DNA of 64,000 bases, taken from NCBI GenBank assembly GCA_965287045.1, contig OZ336880.1:60264001-60328000 (forward strand), written 5' to 3'. The DNA is from Carcharhinus amblyrhynchos (taxonomy: Eukaryota). Shown here piece after piece: positions 59,803 to 64,000 of this stretch. Both the position numbers and the translations under genes were made by a program. Below the pieces are notes generated by a model. It was not told the origin of the DNA and ran no database searches. It worked only from the letters and a program-made list of their open reading frames with translations. Positions within the stretch are counted from its first letter, which is position 1. Every line of letters starts with the position of its first letter.

Positions 59803-60533
59803 GTAAGAAGTTTTACAACACCAGGTTAAAGTCCAACAAGTTTATTTGATAGTAAACCCACAAGTTTTCAGAATGCTGTTCCTTCATCAGGTGAGTGGAA
59901 AGTTCTGCTCAGATACAGGGCATATAAAGGTACATACATTTTACAGAATACTGAATAGAATGCGAGCCTTTACAGCGAATCTGCTATTCAAGTCTTAAAG
60001 ATGCAGACAATGTGAGTGGAGATAGCATTAAGCATAGGTTGAAGAGGTGTGTATTGTCTCCAGACAGGACAGTAAGTGAGATGTTGCAAGTTCAGGCAAG
60101 TCATGGGGGTTACAGATAGTGTGACATGAACCCAAGATCCCAGTTGAGGCTGTCCTCATGTGCGGAACTTGGCTATTAATCTCTGCTCAACGACTCTGCG
60201 CTGTCGTATGTCCTGAAGGCTACCTTGGAGAATGCTTACCCGAAGATCAGAGACCGAATGCCCATGATTGCAGAAGTGCTTGCCAACAGGAAGGGAACAG
60301 ACTTGCCTGGTGATTGTCGAGCGGTGTTCATTCATCCGTTCTAATCAATATTCTGTAAACTGTGTGTGTCTTTATCTGCCCTGTTTATGATCAGAACTTT
60401 CCACTCACCTGACGAAGGAACAACACTCTGAAAGCTTGTGGGTTTACTATCAAATAAACTTGTTGGACTTTAACTTGGTGTTGTGAGACTTCTTACTGTG
60501 TTTACCCCAGTCCAATGCTGGCATCTCCACATT
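59803..60533 (+). mobile_element. Penelope-like element with inverted pLTR arms and a GIY-YIG endonuclease C-terminal remnant (coded on the - strand)
   Basis: Reverse strand of 60110-60340 gives RMNEHRSTITRQVCSLPVGKHFCNHGHSVSDLRVSILQG...EQRLIAKFR; arms at about 59803-59912 and 60390-60500; perfect 11-bp TSD TAGACTCCCCA at 59792-59802 and 60534-60544. Confidence 0.92.
60406..60440 (+). ncRNA. Minimal type I hammerhead ribozyme motif in a Penelope pLTR (partly decayed)
   Basis: CAC-CTGACGA-A-GGAAC aac ACTCT-GAAA-GC-TT-GTG: stem I CAC/GTG, conserved core boxes, palindromic AGCT stem III; stem II is imperfect. Confidence 0.7.
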
Positions 60534-61613
60534 TAGACTCCCCAACCAAAGGAATCACCTTACCTGCATCTATTAAGTGTTTCATAAATTTCAATGAGAT
60601 CACCTCTCATTCTTCGAAGTTCCAGAGAGTATAGGCTCAGTTACTGCGGTTTCTCTTCATAGGACAGTCCCACCATCCCAGGAACAAGTCTGGTCAACTT
60701 TTGTTGCCCTCCCTCTGTGGCAATAGTATCCCACCAATGATAAGGGGACCAAAACTGTACACAGGCAGGTGTGACCAAAATTCTATACGAAGCAAGACTC
60801 AAAAAATCTAAAGAATAAAATCCCTTACATCAGTTGTCTGATGTCACCTGGGAGACAATGCACTCCTGAATCACTATTGCAGGACAAACATGCACAACGT
60901 CCATAAGATACAGGCAGTGGAACAGGGTACCCCCAAGATTGAAGAACTCACCCCCAATGAAGCAGGACCTTGAACTATACTTTAACCATGGAAGATGTTG
61001 AGATTGCTGGCTCAGTGTCCATATGTGGTTAGTGGGTACACATTAACTTCATACGTGCCTTGTACCATCAACATCCCTGGATGCACATGTATGCACATTT
61101 GATCAACTATCAGGAGAGTGAGGAGCCTCTACCATTTGCAAAATAGCGCAGATCTTTCTCATTGCAGCAGGGAGGTGCAGTCCACTGTTATAGAGCAATC
61201 TAACATATTCTATAGCAAGTATGTGGACACTTCCCAATTTCAGTATGTAATTTACCAAGGTAGGAAACCAACACTGAAGTGAATGATCAGCTATGATCAT
61301 ACTGAATGGCAAAACAGGCTCAATGGGCAGAGCATCAGAAAATTTAAGCTCCCTTCCCAAGGACTAATCACACACCCATCCCACAACCTGGAACCAGATT
61401 AGCTTCAGGGCTAAACATGGAGAGGCTATTCCATGTTGCACAATACTAACAAAAACTTGGTGTTGTTACAACTTAACTGTGACACCTCATCTTCCTTCTC
61501 ATAGCACCCTTAACCAGAGAACCCTGCTCTGTCACATGCACTGTTTTCCTCCAGATCTGTATACCAATATATGATCCTCACTGCATTCATTTACACACTT
61601 AGCAAAGTGCTTT

Positions 61614-61822
61614 GGGGGAGCAATTCTCCCATCTTGCTGCGCTGATTGTTTAGCGCAGTGGGATGGGAGATTTCAGCAGGGCTTAATTAGCGCGATCCAT
61701 GCTGGACGTCTGGTGCTGTCAGCTCTGTGAACACAGTGAACTCCCACTGAAAAAAACCAACGTGAATTATTCCAGTTTCCCCGTGAATTCGACACTTAGA
61801 ATTTCTTTGGGAGGATTCCCCC
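61614..61822. mobile_element. Internally deleted member of the long Harbinger-type family
   Basis: GGGGGAGCAATTCTCCC ... gacacttagaatttctttGGGAGGATTCCCCC. Confidence 0.7.
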
Positions 61823-63334
61823 ATAATCTGTAGATATAGTGATGGAAAATATTTATTACATACAGATAATCATCTTGGCATATATGAAGTTATATATGCT
61901 ATTTGAAAAATGCTTGAAGTTGCCAGTATGAAAAGGAAATATTCAAGCCTACTTGTGGTATTGTCATGTCACATGATTTATGGATCCTTAGAATGTGTTT
62001 TAGAGACTTGAAGTTTGTTCTATTTTTGGTACCTGAAGTGGAGTGAAGGGTTAACGTAATGAATAACAAATTCTGAAATTGTTGTTAGCCTAATAATTTT
62101 TGTCAGTCCAGACAGGGTGTAAGCCAAGCCAGAGGCATCATACCATTACTCACATAGCAATTTAAACTTGGCATTGGAAATGGGTAAGCGTGAGCTGATA
62201 ACAAATGTACATTCCAATCATACAGATCTGAAGCAATGTGTTATGTAGTTCAGATTGATGTACTTTTTTGCCCAGTGATATATAATTTTTTTTATGGATG
62301 AAGTGTGGTGGAGAAATTGTAGTTTTGGGAGCTGCAGTCCAAATATGACACAAACATATTTTATGATTGATTTGGCTTCGTTGCTTACTGCAATCTAGCT
62401 GTTCAGGTCTACAGTACTCTAAAACCTTCATCTGATAAAGGCTCTGTATGTAATAGTCAGCAGAATATCCTTACATGGCCTTTATATTTGAGCAGTTAAT
62501 TAGAATAAAGTCAGGTATTTTCAGCAGTCCTATTTTGCATTGTGTGGCTTGTGGGGTTTTCACGAAGGACTTTGAATGCACCTTTTTCATTAATTTATTG
62601 AAAATATCCCTTAACTGGCAATCCTTAAGAGAGGACGGTGTAAAAGCCCTTTTGCCCTAACGTTATGAATTATTCAGTCAATAAATTAAATTACTTAAAA
62701 TGAACTGCTGACTTTCACAAGCAAGTTTACCTTGAAATCATTTCAAAAGTACATTAATATGAATAATTAGTAAATTGAAAAGCAGCTTTAGAAAATGAAA
62801 TTAGTTGCAGTCAGTTAAGATTTCTATTGGGAGTCTGATGCATCACTTCTGTGCTTATATAAATTACCACAAAGCATTGCTCTATGTTTTGAATTTATTC
62901 CTGAACAGTAGCAGATGACTAATCCATGAAAATAATTTATAGGTTGACAGTCATTTTCGTAATGTCTTAAACGAGGATATTTGGCCTTTCCGAGGCTCCC
63001 CTCGTGGATCACTACCCCTCCATACTGGGTTTCCTAAATTACAACAGCGATCAAAAGTACTTCATTGAATCTAAAGCACTTAGATGTTTCCTGAGGACAT
63101 GAAAGGTACTACATAAATATGTACATACCCATTTCTTTGCTCAGAACCATTTTGCAAATGTTTCACTTCATTGGCAGTTACATAGCTGGTCTCATTTAGA
63201 AAAAAATGGTATTTCATTGCTGACTAATTTATCTTCTGGAAACTTCTGACACCAAATTATTGTATCTAAAGTGGTTCATGTATCTGTTGCCCATTCCCTG
63301 CAGCTCCGGTTGAGATGACTGGGAACCTTAAATC

Positions 63335-63480
63335 ATTTTTAATTCATTTACGGGATGTGGGTGTCACTGGCTACACCAGCATTTATTGCCCATCCTTATT
63401 TGCCCTTGAGAAGTGGTGATGAGCTATCTTCTTGAACTGCTGCAGTCCCTGAAGTATAGGTACACCCACAAAGCCTTTAG
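63335..63480 (-). mobile_element. L2/Crack-like LINE 3' end
   Basis: attcatttacgggatgtgggtgtcactggctacaccagcatttattgcccatcc...gcccttgagaagtggtgatgagc; similar fragments at about 29140-29240 and 49735-50140. Confidence 0.75.
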
Positions 63481-64000
63481 GGCTATGTTTTGCACTATTG
63501 GCTGTAATGAATAGAAAGCATATGTTTCATTTGACAAGCATTTAATTTATTTTTATTTGCCTACCTAATAACAGTGTAGGCAGCAATTATTGTTTTCTCA
63601 CATAACTATAGTGAAAGCACTTCAGAAAGTGATTCATTGGTTACGTAGTGCTTTGGAACATTCAGAGAATATGAAGGGTCCTTATCATCTACAAATTTTA
63701 GAGACCAGGATGCGTTATAAGAGATACTCATCAACTCTTTTGGCAGATGGGAACAAGATGGCAGAAGAATTAAAAATGCCATCCCTTACCACAACCACCT
63801 TCATTTCCACTGATATTCAAGTTGGCACCCCAATGCTAAATCTTTCCTGGCCTTCCTCTTGGATCGCCTCCTCATCCCAGTCCTTCAGGTAAATTGGTCT
63901 GGTTTACCTAAAGGCCTGGGAGGGAGAGGCGATCCACGAGTTGGGCCCCATAGTCTAGATTGGCTGAGCCTCAAGCTGCTTCTAATGGGTGAGTGTACTG

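Larger units (their letters stand above)
59525..60800 (-). mobile_element. CR1 3' fragment split by the Penelope-like insertion
   Basis: gtgtctcctggctctagactcccc | ...ccaaaggaatc...atgagatcacctctcattcttcgaag continues across the insert. Confidence 0.8.

Noticed and set aside
52894-64000. CERS6 exon 4 (expected G TGG AGA TTT..., WRF)
   Set aside because: No matching sequence with an acceptor was found; gtggtggagaaattg near 62305 does not translate to the expected peptide. Probably downstream of the window.

Overview
Eukaryotic, repeat-dense genomic DNA. The SINE/LINE content (HE1-type V-SINEs, Deu-domain SINEs, HER1/CR1 LINEs) points to a cartilaginous fish, most likely a shark. The only host coding sequence I can support is two internal + strand exons of ceramide synthase 6 (CERS6), encoding the homeodomain-like segment: 29492-29597 (106 nt, GC-AG donor) and 52763-52893 (131 nt), separated by a 23.2 kb intron. 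Exons 1 and 4 were not found and presumably lie outside the window. The rest is intronic and consists largely of nested transposon remnants: CR1 LINEs (one very young copy with a TSD), an L2/Crack-like LINE with a partner SINE, Rex1-type 3' ends, Penelope-like elements with inverted pseudo-LTRs carrying minimal hammerhead-ribozyme motifs, PIF/Harbinger transposase and Myb fragments with many 3-bp-TSD MITEs, a decayed Helitron helicase, and two local duplications. The most unusual observations are (i) the exon 2+3 module, whose back-splicing would create an ATG and a stop-free 237-nt circle, and (ii) mirror-image Harbinger-type insertions at the hammerhead cleavage triplet in both arms of one Penelope-derived palindrome. 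Repeat boundaries without a stated TSD are approximate, and family names come from recalled consensus motifs, not from database searches.
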